From positions 1-64,000 of the forward strand of contig CP145410.1 of assembly GCA_036867785.1 (NCBI GenBank): DNA of 64,000 nucleotides, written 5' to 3'. The notes beneath the pieces are model-generated. The model saw only the letters and a list, made by a program, of their open reading frames with translations. It was not told where the DNA came from and did no database searches. Of this stretch, positions 1 through 11,340 are shown piece by piece. Numbering within the stretch: position 1 is the first letter of the stretch; every line of letters starts with the position of its first letter. Source of the stretch: Plasmodiophora brassicae. Its lineage: Eukaryota. Made by a program: the position numbers and the translations under genes.

Positions 1-395
1 CCCTAAAAACCCTAAAACCCTAAAAACCCTAAAACCCTAAACCCTAAAAACCCTAAAACCCTAAAACCCTAAAACCCTAAAAACCCTAAAAAACCCTAAA
101 ACCCTAAAACCCTAAAACCCTAAAACCCTAAAACCCTAAAACCCTAAAACCCTAAAACCCTAAAACCCTAAAACCCTAAAACCCTAAAACCCTAAAACCC
201 TAAAACCCTAAAACCCTAAAACCCTAAAACCCTAAAACCCTAAAACCCTAAAACCCTAAAACCCTAAAACCCTAAAACCCTAAAACCCTAAAACCCTAAA
301 ACCCTAAAACCCTAAAACCCTAAAACCCTAAAAAAACCCTAAAACCCCTAAAAAACCCTAAAACCCTAAAAAACCCTAAAACCCTAAAACCCTAA
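1..395 (+). repeat. Telomeric tandem array (CCCTAAAA)n = (TTTTAGGG)n, chromosome end
   Basis: Continuous 8-mer repeat from base 1 with variable A-run lengths near both ends of the array; ends abruptly at CCTAA 391-395. Confidence 0.98.
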
Positions 396-3203
396 GATAA
401 CCTCCAGTCGAACTTCATACGGCCGTCGCGTTCATCTGCCGGCGCGCCGATCCTTTTCGCGAAGAAGAAGGATGGTTCGTTACGGCTTTGCGTTGATTAC
501 CGAGGCCTGAACTCGGTCACCGTGAAGAACCGTTACCCACTTCCGCTCATCGACCAGCTGCTTTCGACACTCGGTCAAGCAACGGTCTTCTCCAAGATCG
601 ACCTTCGAAGTGCGTACAACCAGATCCGCATTCGCGAAGGTGACGAATGGAAGACAGCATTCCGGACACCGTACGGATTGTTCGAGTACCTGGTTATGCC
701 CTTCGGGCTTGCCAACGCCCCGGCATCCTTTCAAGCCTTCATGAACGAGACATTCAGCGACTTCATTGACCGTTTCGTTGTTGTTTACCTTGACGACATC
801 TTGATTTTCTCCAAGAATGCTGAGGAACATGAACAGCACGTGCGTTTGGTGCTCGAACGTCTACGCTCCGCGCGCCTGACGGCCAAACTGTCTAAGTGCT
901 TGTTCGACGCACCGGAGGTCGAATTCCTCGGCTACTTAGTGTCCAAGGACGGCCTCCGGTTGGATCCCAGCCGAGTAGACACAATACTCGCGTGGGCCCC
1001 GCCGCGTGACCTCCACGGGCTGCAAGTCTTCCTTGGGTTCGCCAACTTCTACCGAAAGTTCATCCCGCATTTCGCGGAGATCGCACTTCCCTTGACGAAC
1101 CTTACTCGCGGGGAAACCGAATTTATCTGGAACGAGACTGCTTCGACCGCCTTCGCAACTCTGAAGAGCGCGTTCACACGCGCTCCGGTCCTCGCCCACT
1201 TCGATCCTAGCGTGCCGTGCGAGATTGAAACGGATGCCTCCGACTTCGCCATTGCCATGGTCCTCTCACAACGGGGCCGTGACGGGGACTTACACCCTCT
1301 GGCGTTCTTTTCGAGGAAACTGGACCCCGCTGAGATCCGATATGCGGTCTACGACAAAGAGCTCCTGGCCGTTGTTGCGTCCTTCGAGAAATGGCGCCAG
1401 TTCCTGGATTCGGATGAACATCAGACACTTGTGCACAGCGACCACCGCAACCTCAAGTACTTCATGACGACCCACAAGCTTAATCCGCGCCAAATCCGAT
1501 GGTCCCAACTGCTTAGCGGCTTCGACTTCATGATTCAGCACCGACCGGGCCGCTTGCACGGTAAACCTGACGCCTTGACGCGCCGCCCGGAGTACGTCCC
1601 GACGGCGTCTGAAGAAGGCATCCTGCAACAATCTCTCCAACTGCTCCCGCTTCATCGCCTAGTTCCGTCCCCCGTGGTGGACGCGTTCACCGTCCACGCG
1701 GAGGCGGCTCCGTCCGAGCCTCTCCTAGACCGTATCCGACGACACCAAGCGAGTGATCCGTTCGTCGCCAAGATTGCCGGTCTGCTCGACCGACCTCAAG
1801 GTAGGAAGTATTGCCTGAGAGACGGCCTCCTGTACAAAGGACGCTCCTTGGTCGTCTCCGGAGACGAATGCAAGATCGAGATCCTCCGGCAACTCCACGA
1901 TAATAGGGCCTCTGGTCACTTTGGTATCCGCAAAACGCTTGGGCTTGTCCAGCGTGAATTTTGGTGGCCTGGCATGAGGGCCTTCGTCAAACTGTACGTC
2001 TCATCCTGCGACATTTGTCAGAGAAGCAAGTCTCCGCGCCACAAACCGTCCGGGCTCCTGCTGCCTCTTCCCTTGCCGAGTTCTCTGTGGTCATCGATCT
2101 CAATGGATCTAATTGTCAAGCTTCCAGTTTCCGACGGCTACGATTCGGTCCTCGTCGTCGTCGACCGGTTTTCGAAAATGGCCCACTTCATTCCGTGCAA
2201 GGAGACCCTCACAGCGGTCGAGCTGTCCGACCTGTTTTTGCAGCAGATATTCCGCCTGCATGGCCTACCGGACGACATCGTCTCCGACCGGGGGCCCCAG
2301 TTCGTGTCGGCCTTCTGGAAGCACTTACTGGACCGTCTTGGTATCCAACGGAACTTGTCTTCATCCCGGCACCCGGAATCCGACGGCCAGACGGAACGCG
2401 TGAACCAGATCCTCGAACAATACTTACGCTGCTATGTTAGCTACATGCAGGACGACTGGCTGCAACTTCTGCCTATGGCCGAGTTCGCGTACAACAACGC
2501 CGACCATTCGGCCACCGGCATGTCGCCGTTTTTCGCCAACTACGGGTTTCATCCAAGGGTGACGGAGCCTCGACCCAGGAATGGCCAAGTCTGTAACCCA
2601 GCCGCCGATGAGCGTGCCGAATTCCTTGAGAAGGTTCGCCGCTACTTGAAGGGCCAACTGCAACGGGCGGTCGACGCTATGAAGCGCTCTGCGGATCGCC
2701 GTCGCCGCGAACCACCACCACTGCAGGTGGGCGATCTCGTCATGCTCAGGCGTGGAACCTTATCGACTGGCCGCCCGTGCGGGAAACTGGATGACCGTCT
2801 GCTGGGACCCTTCCAAGTTGTTCGCACAGTTAACCCCGTCGCATACGAAGTGAAGCTGCCTCCTACCTCGCGCCTACATAACGTCTTCCATGTGTCACAG
2901 CTGGAACCGTATACGCCTAATGTCCTTCCACATCGCCAACAGCCACCGCCGCCGCCCATTGTATTGGAAGATGACGACCAGCCCCTGTTCATCGTTAAGT
3001 CGATCTTGGATTCCCGATACCGGTCGGGGCGGTTGCAATATCTCATAGATTGGGAAGGATACTCCCCGTCCGATCGCACCTGGGAACCCGCGGGCAATCT
3101 CCATGGGACAGGAGGCCTGGACCAAGCGATTGCTGAATTTCATGCTCGATATCCCGATAAACCTGGCCCTCGCTCCCGAAACCGGCGGAGACCCAATCGC
3201 TAG
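396..3203 (+). mobile_element. pol: 5'-truncated Ty3/gypsy chromovirus pol (RT-RNase H-integrase-chromodomain)
   Basis: Open frame from 396 ([34 protein letters not shown]). Motifs: RT YLDD, RNase H TDASDFA, integrase HHCC (LHD..SGHFG..CDIC) and DDE (SMDLI, SDRGPQF, GQTER), GPF motif, C-terminal chromodomain ([20 protein letters not shown]). No gag or protease. Confidence 0.96.
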
Positions 3204-3303
3204 AAGAGGACTATTCTGTGATAACTGAATAAATCCCGAACCCCGCGACGGACTTCGCCAGTCCGTCAAAGCGTTCGTTGCATCAGCTTGCCTGATCGTG
3301 ACA
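3202..3303 (+). mobile_element. Polypurine tract and candidate short 3' LTR of the retrotransposon
   Basis: AGAAGAGGA overlapping and following the pol stop, TGTGATA at 3217, AATAAA, 8-bp hairpin GACGGACT/AGTCCGTC (3247-3267), possible end GTGACA at 3303; right boundary uncertain. Confidence 0.5.
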
Positions 3304-3894
3304 GCGTTCGCATGTCGATCGACGGTAACGGGCGATGGCGGGCGCTGCCGTGCTGGACGATCTGCAGGGGGGCAGCTGCCTCTCGACAGGCAGACGGGGA
3401 CCTCGGCGAGGCCTTTGTTTGTTCGGCCCGCCATCGTCGCATGGTGCAGGACAGAGGCGCGCGCGACTGATTGCAGCGATCGGCGGACGTCCAGGTCGCC
3501 GCCTCAGCTGAGAAGCATTCCGGCGCAACGCTGGACCAGCCCGCCTAGACACGACGACAGCTGCCCTGCAGGTGCTCATGCTGGACGGACGACGGCAGGC
3601 GACGGCAGGTGTGTCCTGCCCAGCGTGTTAGAGGGCCTGCGCGCCTGTGCATCAGACGACAACATGTACCAGTGCTGCAAGTGCAGGGCATTCACAAAGA
3701 CAGATCGGCATGTCGCCAGGCGTCCAGCAGGACGCGGTGGGATCGTCGTGGGTCCGGCGGGCCGTGCCGCTTATCTGCGGCGCCGTCGCCGCGGGAGCAG
3801 GCACGGCAGACAGGCGCGTCAGGGTGTCGACGACCTGCGAGGTGCGAGGCCGAACACAACGGCGTGTCCGGCGGGCGTGTACGACGATGCAGTG

Positions 3895-3968
3895 GGCGGC
3901 GTCGGCGACCGGCAGCGTCGGCGACCGGCAGCGTCGGCGACCGGCAGCGTCGGCGACCGGCAGCGTCG
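3895..3968 (+). repeat. 16-bp minisatellite (GGCAGCGTCGGCGACC) x ~4.6
   Basis: Direct tandem copies starting at 3895, 3911, 3927, 3943 and partial at 3959. Confidence 0.9.
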
Positions 3969-4359
3969 TCGGTCGCGCTGGCGACACCCACCATGGAGTC
4001 GACGCCTGCTTCACGTTGATCGGCGTGTACATCAACGACGTATACCGTCCTCCAACGGGCATGCGCGTCGTGACGTCATCATGCAAGGGACGTCGGAGGA
4101 CGGCGTACGCTCCATGATGTATCGCATCCGCCCAGGCGCCGGGACCGCCTGCAAAAAATCATGTCGGTCATATTTTGGGAACCGCTCGCCGGTTTTTTGC
4201 CTAAGCCAGACCAGGCGGACCCCTGTCATCTCCAACATGCCGTTCAGGAGAAATGCCAATTTGGGGGGCTTGCAGCCAAACGAGTCCTAAATATAGTAAG
4301 GCGCGAGAAAGTCCGTGTCCGCTCCAAATTCACCAACGTCATTGTTGACGAACCGTGCG

Positions 4360-5061
4360 ATGCGCTTTGAACAGGTCGTGCTGCTGGCGACTGGCGTTGC
4401 GCTTTCCGCGTGCCTTCACAGTGCTCGCGGAGCGGGTCTGGCCGGTGGAATGGTCACATCCGCGGCGTCCTATACGCTGTGCCGCATTGTATCGGGTCCT
4501 CGCCTGCCGGCAAGGTACACCCTGCCTGGCAATGGTCGCGTCCCCGCACACCTCTGTCAGAATCAGGTCATCAACGCCATCGTGCGTGCGGATCAACGAA
4601 TCGTCCGCGAGCAGCGACATGCGAAAGACCCGCAGGAAGCACGACGGTTGGCGGCCGGCCGTCTCGAGTTCCTGAACGACATTCGCATTGTGTTCGGTGC
4701 CAATGCCAGTTGCGCATTGGAACAGGAAAATTACGTCAGGTTCAATGAGACCCTGATGCGTGGGGACAATTTGGCACCAACGACGCTGGCCGACGAGGCG
4801 CCGTCGCGCTCCGTCCGGATTCGTCGCCAGCTGACACAGGCGGCGACGTTTGCCCTGTCCGTAATGGCCGGGAGTGCGACCTACGCTGCGCTGCAGGATC
4901 GATACGGGTTGATAGTGTCGATCTTGACTGCGACTGCATCCGGGGCGGCCGCCTGTAAATTGGACGGGGTCCTCAACCGTCGACTGTACGCGTTCCAGGA
5001 GTCCGTGTCCCGTATTGTGAAATGGTCCAATCTCGATGATGTGTTTCGCCGCCAATCCTAA
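4360..5061 (+). CDS. Intronless hypothetical secreted/membrane protein, 233 aa
   Basis: ATG 4360, hydrophobic signal-like N-terminus MRFEQVVLLATGVALSACLHSARG, C-terminal hydrophobic hairpin, AATAAA just downstream of the stop. Confidence 0.7.
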   Translation: MRFEQVVLLATGVALSACLHSARGAGLAGGMVTSAASYTLCRIVSGPRLPARYTLPGNGRVPAHLCQNQVINAIVRADQRIVREQRHAKDPQEARRLAAGRLEFLNDIRIVFGANASCALEQENYVRFNETLMRGDNLAPTTLADEAPSRSVRIRRQLTQAATFALSVMAGSATYAALQDRYGLIVSILTATASGAAACKLDGVLNRRLYAFQESVSRIVKWSNLDDVFRRQS

Positions 5062-5559
5062 CTGGACGCAAGAACGCAATAAACAGCTTTGTGATCTGTC
5101 TTCGACTGCCCGTGTTTCCATATTTACGTTATGTGCCTCTAGTTTCTCTGTCGGCAATGCCCGGGTGCATCTGCGGCGAACAGCGCGCTGTCCTTCGTTG
5201 CACTCCATGGGTCTGTACGTACACGATGGTCTTATCGATCTTGGTGGCGGTGCGAATGCTCTCCACCCGAGACGAACCGGGGGCCTGGCCGGCTAGACGA
5301 CGACAGGGCACCGATCTGCTTCGACGGTTCTCGGCGCTGGTTTCGTCCGCCGTCGTACGCGTCTGTCGTCACCGGTCGACGACGTAGTGGCATTGCTCAC
5401 TCGCACCGGGTGTGGCCGGCACAAGGTGCCTACGTCGCCGAGCGCGTTCGAATTTCGCCTGCCCAACTGGACTCGCACGTACCAGGGCGTCGACGTCGCT
5501 CTTGGGACCTGGGCGCATGGCCGGGTGAAACAGTCGACGACGTGAACACTTCTCGAGAT

Positions 5560-6382
5560 GGAGTCAGTTCTGCTGTGGCCGCCGGCCGAAGTTTCTGTCG
5601 TAGACGTAGCCCCAATTTTGATAACTGTCCAGAGCCAGCCGGGCCCTGCGTGCATGTTTGTCGCCAGGCGAACGTGGAAACGAGGTCGCGGAAGAGCTCG
5701 CACTGCCGTTGACGGCTGGAAGCGCTACCGAACTATCTCCAGTCCTGCCCCTTCAATCAGTGGGTCCACGTTCAGGAGAGGTGCTAGGGTGCTTCCCGTG
5801 GATCGTAGCGCCGTCCCGCTGATGATGACCGTCAGCTTTGTCAGTCTGTTCCGGGTTTGCGATCTCCTCGTCAGTTTCGTCAAACAGGAGGCCGGCGACC
5901 ACGAGCCGCGCCCGGCTGCTCCCGAGCCTTGTACAATCTGCCGAACCTCATATCGAAGTGGACCATGTGTCACCATCGCCGAAGCTCGCTCGTGGATGGT
6001 TTGTTCGTTGCCTTGGACGTCGGGGGCGTTGCCATAGTGGATGTGGGTAGCGGCCAGGCGGAGGTGGGCGTTCGGCGACCCAGGAACGCCACGGTCCATC
6101 GGTGTGAGATGACCGGACGTCCAGCTCGATCGTTCGTCCAGTGTTGATGAGTTCGCCTTCGAGGACCGCCTTTTTCTTCTGCCCAGGTACATGGCAGATC
6201 TCGACCCATGGTCTTGTCCACGATCACGTTGCGTAGAGGACGATAGGCGACTGGCGACGTCCGCCGCATTGCGAGTTCGGCAACATCGACCAGGAGTCCT
6301 GGTCGAGGAACGTAAAGCTGCCGATTTCCCCGACAGCGACCGACACGAGGCCGGCCACGAAAATGGACAGGACCCGGTTCAT
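5560..6382 (-). pseudogene. Frameshifted secreted alpha-carbonic anhydrase
   Basis: ATG 6382 MNRVLSIFVAGLVSVAVG (signal) then FTFLDQDSW..QCGGRRQSPIVL*; in successive frames LINTGRTIELDV, HLRLAATHIHYG..GNEQTI, HMVHFD, LVVAGLLFDE. No GSLTTPPC segment found; 3' end approximate. Confidence 0.8.
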
Positions 6383-6768
6383 GAGGTAGCGGGCGATTAT
6401 CTCTTGGGGCAGTTCAGACGATCACCCGCCGTTGTCGAGGTTGATCGACTCTGACTTCCTCGGATGGACGCCGCTGTGCCACGACTCGGGATCGACGTCG
6501 ACGGCGTCGGAAGGCAGCGCCGAAATGGGAAACGATTCGTCTGTGCCGTGCCCATCGCACAGGCCAACATCCGGGATGGTGGCACGTGCCCGGTGCAGGA
6601 CGGCAAAGGCATGCACCGCTCTAGATACCGCTGAGGCTGATCGTGTATACTAGGAAAGCATCGATTGTTTCGCGACTAATCAACGTTGACACTCTGCGAT
6701 ACGAATGCCACGCGGCACCTGTCAGCTCGGCAGCGAATACCACTTGTCAAGGAAGCCAAATTAACGTT

Positions 6769-8085
6769 TTATACGAACAATCGAGCGAAGGTGAGTACGA
6801 TCAGCGAAAAGGCGGCGGAGGCGGGCAGAGTGACGACCCAGGACATTGCGATCTTCTTCAGCGTTTGCTTGTTGACTTTGTCGGCACCCTCGACAAGAGC
6901 GAGTCCGGTGATGGCACCGATCAAGCAATGCGTCGTGCTGACACTAATGCCCAGTATGGATGCGGTCAGTACGGTCAGAGCTGTGGCCAGCTGAGCAGCA
7001 AACCCTCTGGAATAGGTCAAACGCGTAATGCGCTCACCAATCGTAGCCATAACCTTGTACCCGTAGGTGCCCAGGCCAAGTACAATGCCGAGACCGCCGG
7101 CCACCAGGATCCATAACGGGACCGGATCCATGCCATTAGCTGACCCCGTAGTGAATACCTCGACAATGGCTGCGAACGGTCCGATCGAGTTCGACACGTC
7201 ATTGCTGCCGTGCGCGAACGATACGACACAGGCCGTCACAATCATCAACCGAATGAACATGGCCTCACATGCCTCCACAGGCGATGCCGCATCTGACGCG
7301 ATCGGATCGGGCCCGGGGCCAACCAGTTCGAACAGGGACCCAGCCGAGTTGCCGGGCTGCATCTTGGCCAGCGCCACAACCAGAACGAAGACGACCAGCG
7401 AAGCGACCAGACAGGCGGCGGGCTTCAGGCGCAATACAGCAGGACCCGCAGCCGTCAGGAACCCGGTCAGCGTACTCAGGGTGAAGGCCCAAAAGTACGG
7501 GATCATGATCGATGCCGCTCGGGTTGGCCTGGGATCCCTGCAACCGCACCAGATGTCAGAAATAGAGAATCGGACAGCAGGGACAAAGCGGACGGACATG
7601 AGGATGCCTCGGTGAATGGTGCTGAAGACGGCGTAGGCGATGACGGCGCCGAGGAGCGGCGATACGACCCAGGAGACGACAATGGTCGACAATATGCCGA
7701 CATTTAATGCGGATGGGCAGACGACCAGGCCTAGACCGACCAGCGACCCGATCATGGAGTGCGATGTAGAGACAGGCAACGCGTAGATGGTGGCGATGAG
7801 GAGCCACAGAAACGCGCCGGCCAGTGTGCAGAACATAACCAGGCAGTATGTGAACGCTGACCCAGCCTCATCGGGTGCGATGATGCCTTTTGAAATGGTT
7901 GTCGCCACATCGCCGCCCAGCAATGCGCCCGAGAATTCGCAGACGGCGCCGATCAGAATCGCCTGACGTACCGTGATGGCCTTGGATCCAACAGCGGTGC
8001 CCAGCGCATTAGACACGTCCTGCGCGCCGATGGCCCATGCCATACAGAGCGCAACGACGCCCGACAGGGCCAGCAGGACCAGCAT
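6769..8085 (-). CDS. PHO4/PiT family inorganic phosphate transporter
   Basis: GAQDVSNALGTAVGS and HGSNDVSNSIGP signatures, PVSTSH/SVSTTH, many TM segments; in-frame 60-nt intron 7538-7597. Confidence 0.95.
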   Translation of the reverse strand: MLVLLALSGVVALCMAWAIGAQDVSNALGTAVGSKAITVRQAILIGAVCEFSGALLGGDVATTISKGIIAPDEAGSAFTYCLVMFCTLAGAFLWLLIATIYALPVSTSHSMIGSLVGLGLVVCPSALNVGILSTIVVSWVVSPLLGAVIAYAVFSTIHRGILMSVRFVPAVRFSISDIWCGCRDPRPTRAASIMIPYFWAFTLSTLTGFLTAAGPAVLRLKPAACLVASLVVFVLVVALAKMQPGNSAGSLFELVGPGPDPIASDAASPVEACEAMFIRLMIVTACVVSFAHGSNDVSNSIGPFAAIVEVFTTGSANGMDPVPLWILVAGGLGIVLGLGTYGYKVMATIGERITRLTYSRGFAAQLATALTVLTASILGISVSTTHCLIGAITGLALVEGADKVNKQTLKKIAMSWVVTLPASAAFSLIVLTFARLFV

Positions 8086-8474
8086 CGGGCCAGGGGATCG
8101 GGCCCAGGTCCCGCGCGCTCAGAATCAGATCAACTGAACAGGCAGCGCAATGCGCGGACCCGGACGCGGCCACCCACACACAGACACGTCATCTGAATAG
8201 GTATGTCGTCACACACCAGGCCGTGAACCGCAACCCGCTACTGGTCTCTATAGTCGGTCCATTCGAGACCAACATATGGAATCACGAACGCAGGGGCACG
8301 AAGCTGCGTTCGAGGCGTTGGGGATCGGGGGAAGGGGGCGGCGCCCACCCCCGACCGACTCAGTGTCAGCGACGGACCCGAGCTGCAGCGGCCAAAAAGC
8401 CCGCACCGGCGGAAAGTGCGCCACACAACGGCGCAGGTCACCTGCACTGATCCAGCTCGCTAACGGGCGGGCCG

Positions 8475-10373
8475 ATGGACGGTCGGCGTCGCCTCTACGT
8501 GCATTATGGGGCGTCGCGCAAGTTCGTCCAGGTCGTCCACAAGGGCGACACGGTGACGGACCTCTGCTGGACGATCGCGTCCAAGGCCGCCGTCCTATAC
8601 GGGGAATCTGCGCGAGGCAGCTGCGTTCGCGCTATCCGTGATCGCCATGGGTTCGACGTTGATCCTGACGATATCGTGTCCGACCTGTTTCAAGACGGCG
8701 ATCACGTCTACGTCCACGACGACTGTTTGGCTGTCCGCGTGGCGGATGGTTTGCCCAGGAAACGCCCGAAATGTGACAGCCAACGACATGGTCTCCCTGA
8801 TACAGCGGAACGTCTCGCCGCGTCGGAAAGGGCATCGTCAACCCACAGTGCCTTGGCGCGGGATTCAGCGCAACTCGACCCGAGGGATATGTCACCTGTG
8901 TCTGCGCCTGCATTGCATGAGCGGCGCGCTGCCCAGTCCGACTCCCCTGCTGATCAGTTGCCATATATGCAACCGTTGCCAGCCGCCGTCCCTGTTCCTT
9001 CGTTCGATGTCCCCTCTGGCAACACCATCGCCAATCGGAGCGTCGTTGATGATGTCGTCACTGGTACGGGCAACAAGCAGAATGTTATGGATAAGGATGA
9101 CGTGGGCGAACGCGACGTTGACCATCATGGCACTTCGAACGTCGACATGGACAATCGGGAGGATGATAGTGACGACGAGGACGATGATAACGGCAAGAGC
9201 GATGTCGAAGAAGACGTTGCAAGCGACGACGAAGAGGAGCAGAAGGGCATACAGGACAGGTCGCAGGATGGCGACGAAGACGACAGCGTCGAAATCATCG
9301 AAGATCGGGAACCCGTGTCACCACCTGCTTCGCCTATGACGCCTACGAGACCCTGCACGTCGGTGGACTCGGTTTCGGATGCGCATATCGTCGATGGCGT
9401 ATATGCCCGCGCCGATGCTGATGCGGCCAGCCAGACGGACACGTCTGATGATGACAGCAGCACCGTATCGTCGTCCAGCGCATTGTCTTCATCGCCTGTC
9501 GAGGAGAGTGGTGATGATCAAAGCCGCTGTGACACCGACCACGCCAGCGGGCTCGCGTCAAGGTCGATGATGAGCTGTCCTAACGATGAGGGTGTACCAG
9601 TCTCTGATATCGCCGTCGATCCCGATAACGACTCGTCATCGTCGTCGTCATCATCCAGCGACAGCTGTAGCAGTGGCGACGACGATTCGGACAGCGACGT
9701 GGACGAAGACGAGGGCGTGCGGCCGCCTTCTGACAACGGCCAGGGCGCTGACGCGGGATCGGCACCTAGGGCAGACCGTGAGCAAGTTGGGAAGGCGGGT
9801 TCAGCAACGGCGAATACGTCTGGGAGTGACAGCGATTCGTCGTCGTCGTCGTCGTCATCGTCGAGTAGCGGACATGACAGTGGCCCCGTGGAGAGCGCTC
9901 AAGCGGGTGGATCCCCTGTGGAATTCGGCGAGTTTCGCGCCCTGGTGAACAAGAAGGCACAGGGCCCGCGCCAGTCGACGTCAGCTGCAGGTGCCACGCT
10001 AGTCGCGTCCCTGGCGCGAGGCACGGGGACGCACAAGGCACTCGTTCACGCCGACTACCGATCATCAGCAGCCCCCGCGACGTCACCAAAGCAGCAGCCA
10101 TCGTCGTCCTCGTCCTCGTCTTCGTCGGCCTCATCGGGTGCGACTGATGCTGGCGGTCAGCAGCAGCAGCCAGGCTCGCCTGCTCCTCAGCCGATGCGCC
10201 AGTCTGTGAATCTAGCGTTCCAGGCACTCGCCGCCGTTGCGGCGCCGGACGCAGCAAACAGCAGCGGGCAGCGAGCGACACGCAGGAACAGACATCGTCC
10301 CAAGCAACGCGCCGTGCCAGCGGACAAGACAACGATTGCATCCGTGCTTAACGCCAGAACAGCCGCAAAGTAG
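8475..10373 (+). CDS. 632-aa protein: Net1/Tof2-like (ubiquitin-like) N-terminal domain plus long Asp/Ser-rich disordered region and basic tail
   Basis: Long ORF; N-term RKFVQV..DLCWTIASK..LY..FDVDPDDIVSDLFQDGDHVYV is paralogous to the ORF at 48668-49585. Confidence 0.7.
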   Translation: MDGRRRLYVHYGASRKFVQVVHKGDTVTDLCWTIASKAAVLYGESARGSCVRAIRDRHGFDVDPDDIVSDLFQDGDHVYVHDDCLAVRVADGLPRKRPKCDSQRHGLPDTAERLAASERASSTHSALARDSAQLDPRDMSPVSAPALHERRAAQSDSPADQLPYMQPLPAAVPVPSFDVPSGNTIANRSVVDDVVTGTGNKQNVMDKDDVGERDVDHHGTSNVDMDNREDDSDDEDDDNGKSDVEEDVASDDEEEQKGIQDRSQDGDEDDSVEIIEDREPVSPPASPMTPTRPCTSVDSVSDAHIVDGVYARADADAASQTDTSDDDSSTVSSSSALSSSPVEESGDDQSRCDTDHASGLASRSMMSCPNDEGVPVSDIAVDPDNDSSSSSSSSSDSCSSGDDDSDSDVDEDEGVRPPSDNGQGADAGSAPRADREQVGKAGSATANTSGSDSDSSSSSSSSSSSGHDSGPVESAQAGGSPVEFGEFRALVNKKAQGPRQSTSAAGATLVASLARGTGTHKALVHADYRSSAAPATSPKQQPSSSSSSSSSASSGATDAGGQQQQPGSPAPQPMRQSVNLAFQALAAVAAPDAANSSGQRATRRNRHRPKQRAVPADKTTIASVLNARTAAK

Positions 10374-10431
10374 AACCAGCCGTTGTCGAGATAAACCAGT
10401 CGGCCTGGGTGCTATGTATTGGCGGGAACGA

Positions 10432-11340
10432 TCACCGCCGATCGTCGTCCTTGATGAAGGGTATGCCACAGGGTACCCGCTTCTTGTACTGGTCGTACTC
10501 CCTGCCGAAGAATATGCTCAGGTAGTGCTCCTCGTACGGGATACGCGCCCTGAAGAAATGCCATGCGAACACGGCGAAGGCGACGGTGCAGATCGGGTTG
10601 CCCAGGACGATCTGCGTCCCGATGCTCCAGTAGAAGAACCCGACGTACGACGGGTGACGCACGATGCTGTGCAGGCGAGGTCAGGTCCGGTGTCCGTTGT
10701 CGTGCGACGAGCGTCGAACGGGCGATACGTACGAGTAGATGCCTGTCTGGACGAGCTTGTGGTCGGCGGCGCGCTGAGTCGCGATGACGTGCGCGAAGTT
10801 GCGCCCGGCCTGGCACATGGCAATCGTCCGCATCGCCTGGGCCAGAACGCAGACGGTCAGACCGACCAGCGGCCAGAGCCAGTGCGACTTCCAGGTCGGC
10901 CACGACAGGCCGTACGACTCGAGCAGGAACTCGGCAACGGCCAGGGCGTGTGCGCCGCCGTACTCCCAGCTATGGTTCAGCATGGACGCTGTACACATTC
11001 GACAGCGTCAGGCGTCTGTGCATTCACACGGGACCCGCTGATGAGCATTACAGTCGAAGCTGAACGTATGGGGCTGGTAGATGGCGGTGACGGCGAACTC
11101 GGCCGTGTGGAACAGGGACAGCAGGGCGACATAGATGCCGAACGGGCGATACCGAGCACCGGCGCCGACAAGGATGCAGCAGGCCAGGCCGGTGGACAGG
11201 CCCAGGGCGTACCCGGCCAAACCGAGGTCGGCAGGTTCCCTCGATCCGGACAACCTCGACGCCCACCAGCGCCATCTGGCCAGCCAGCCCCGGTCGGCCA
11301 CCGCCGCCTCGCGATGCGCGTCCACGCACGCCGATTCCAT
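10432..11340 (-). CDS. STE14: Isoprenylcysteine carboxyl methyltransferase (3 exons)
   Basis: FHTAEF, LNHSWEY, AMRTIAM..AGRNFAHVI, HKLVQTGIYS|IVRHPSYVGFFYWSIGTQ, RIPYEEHYL..FFGREY..Y. Confidence 0.95.

Noticed and set aside
1-395. Variant telomere units (A5-A7, C4) as biological repeat variation
   Set aside because: Cannot be distinguished from long-read homopolymer errors without raw reads
3895-3968. Short repeats as a possible CRISPR array
   Set aside because: Units are contiguous with no spacers; eukaryotic context and no cas genes
3298-4290. 330-aa ORF and overlapping ORFs after the LTR
   Set aside because: Arg/Gly-rich translation inflated by high GC and the 16-bp minisatellite; no recognisable domain
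10432-11340. STE14/ICMT as part of a pheromone or MAT cluster with the TALE and MAPKKK genes
   Set aside because: ICMT is a universal CaaX-processing enzyme, lies 10 kb away with housekeeping genes between, and no pheromone precursor was identified
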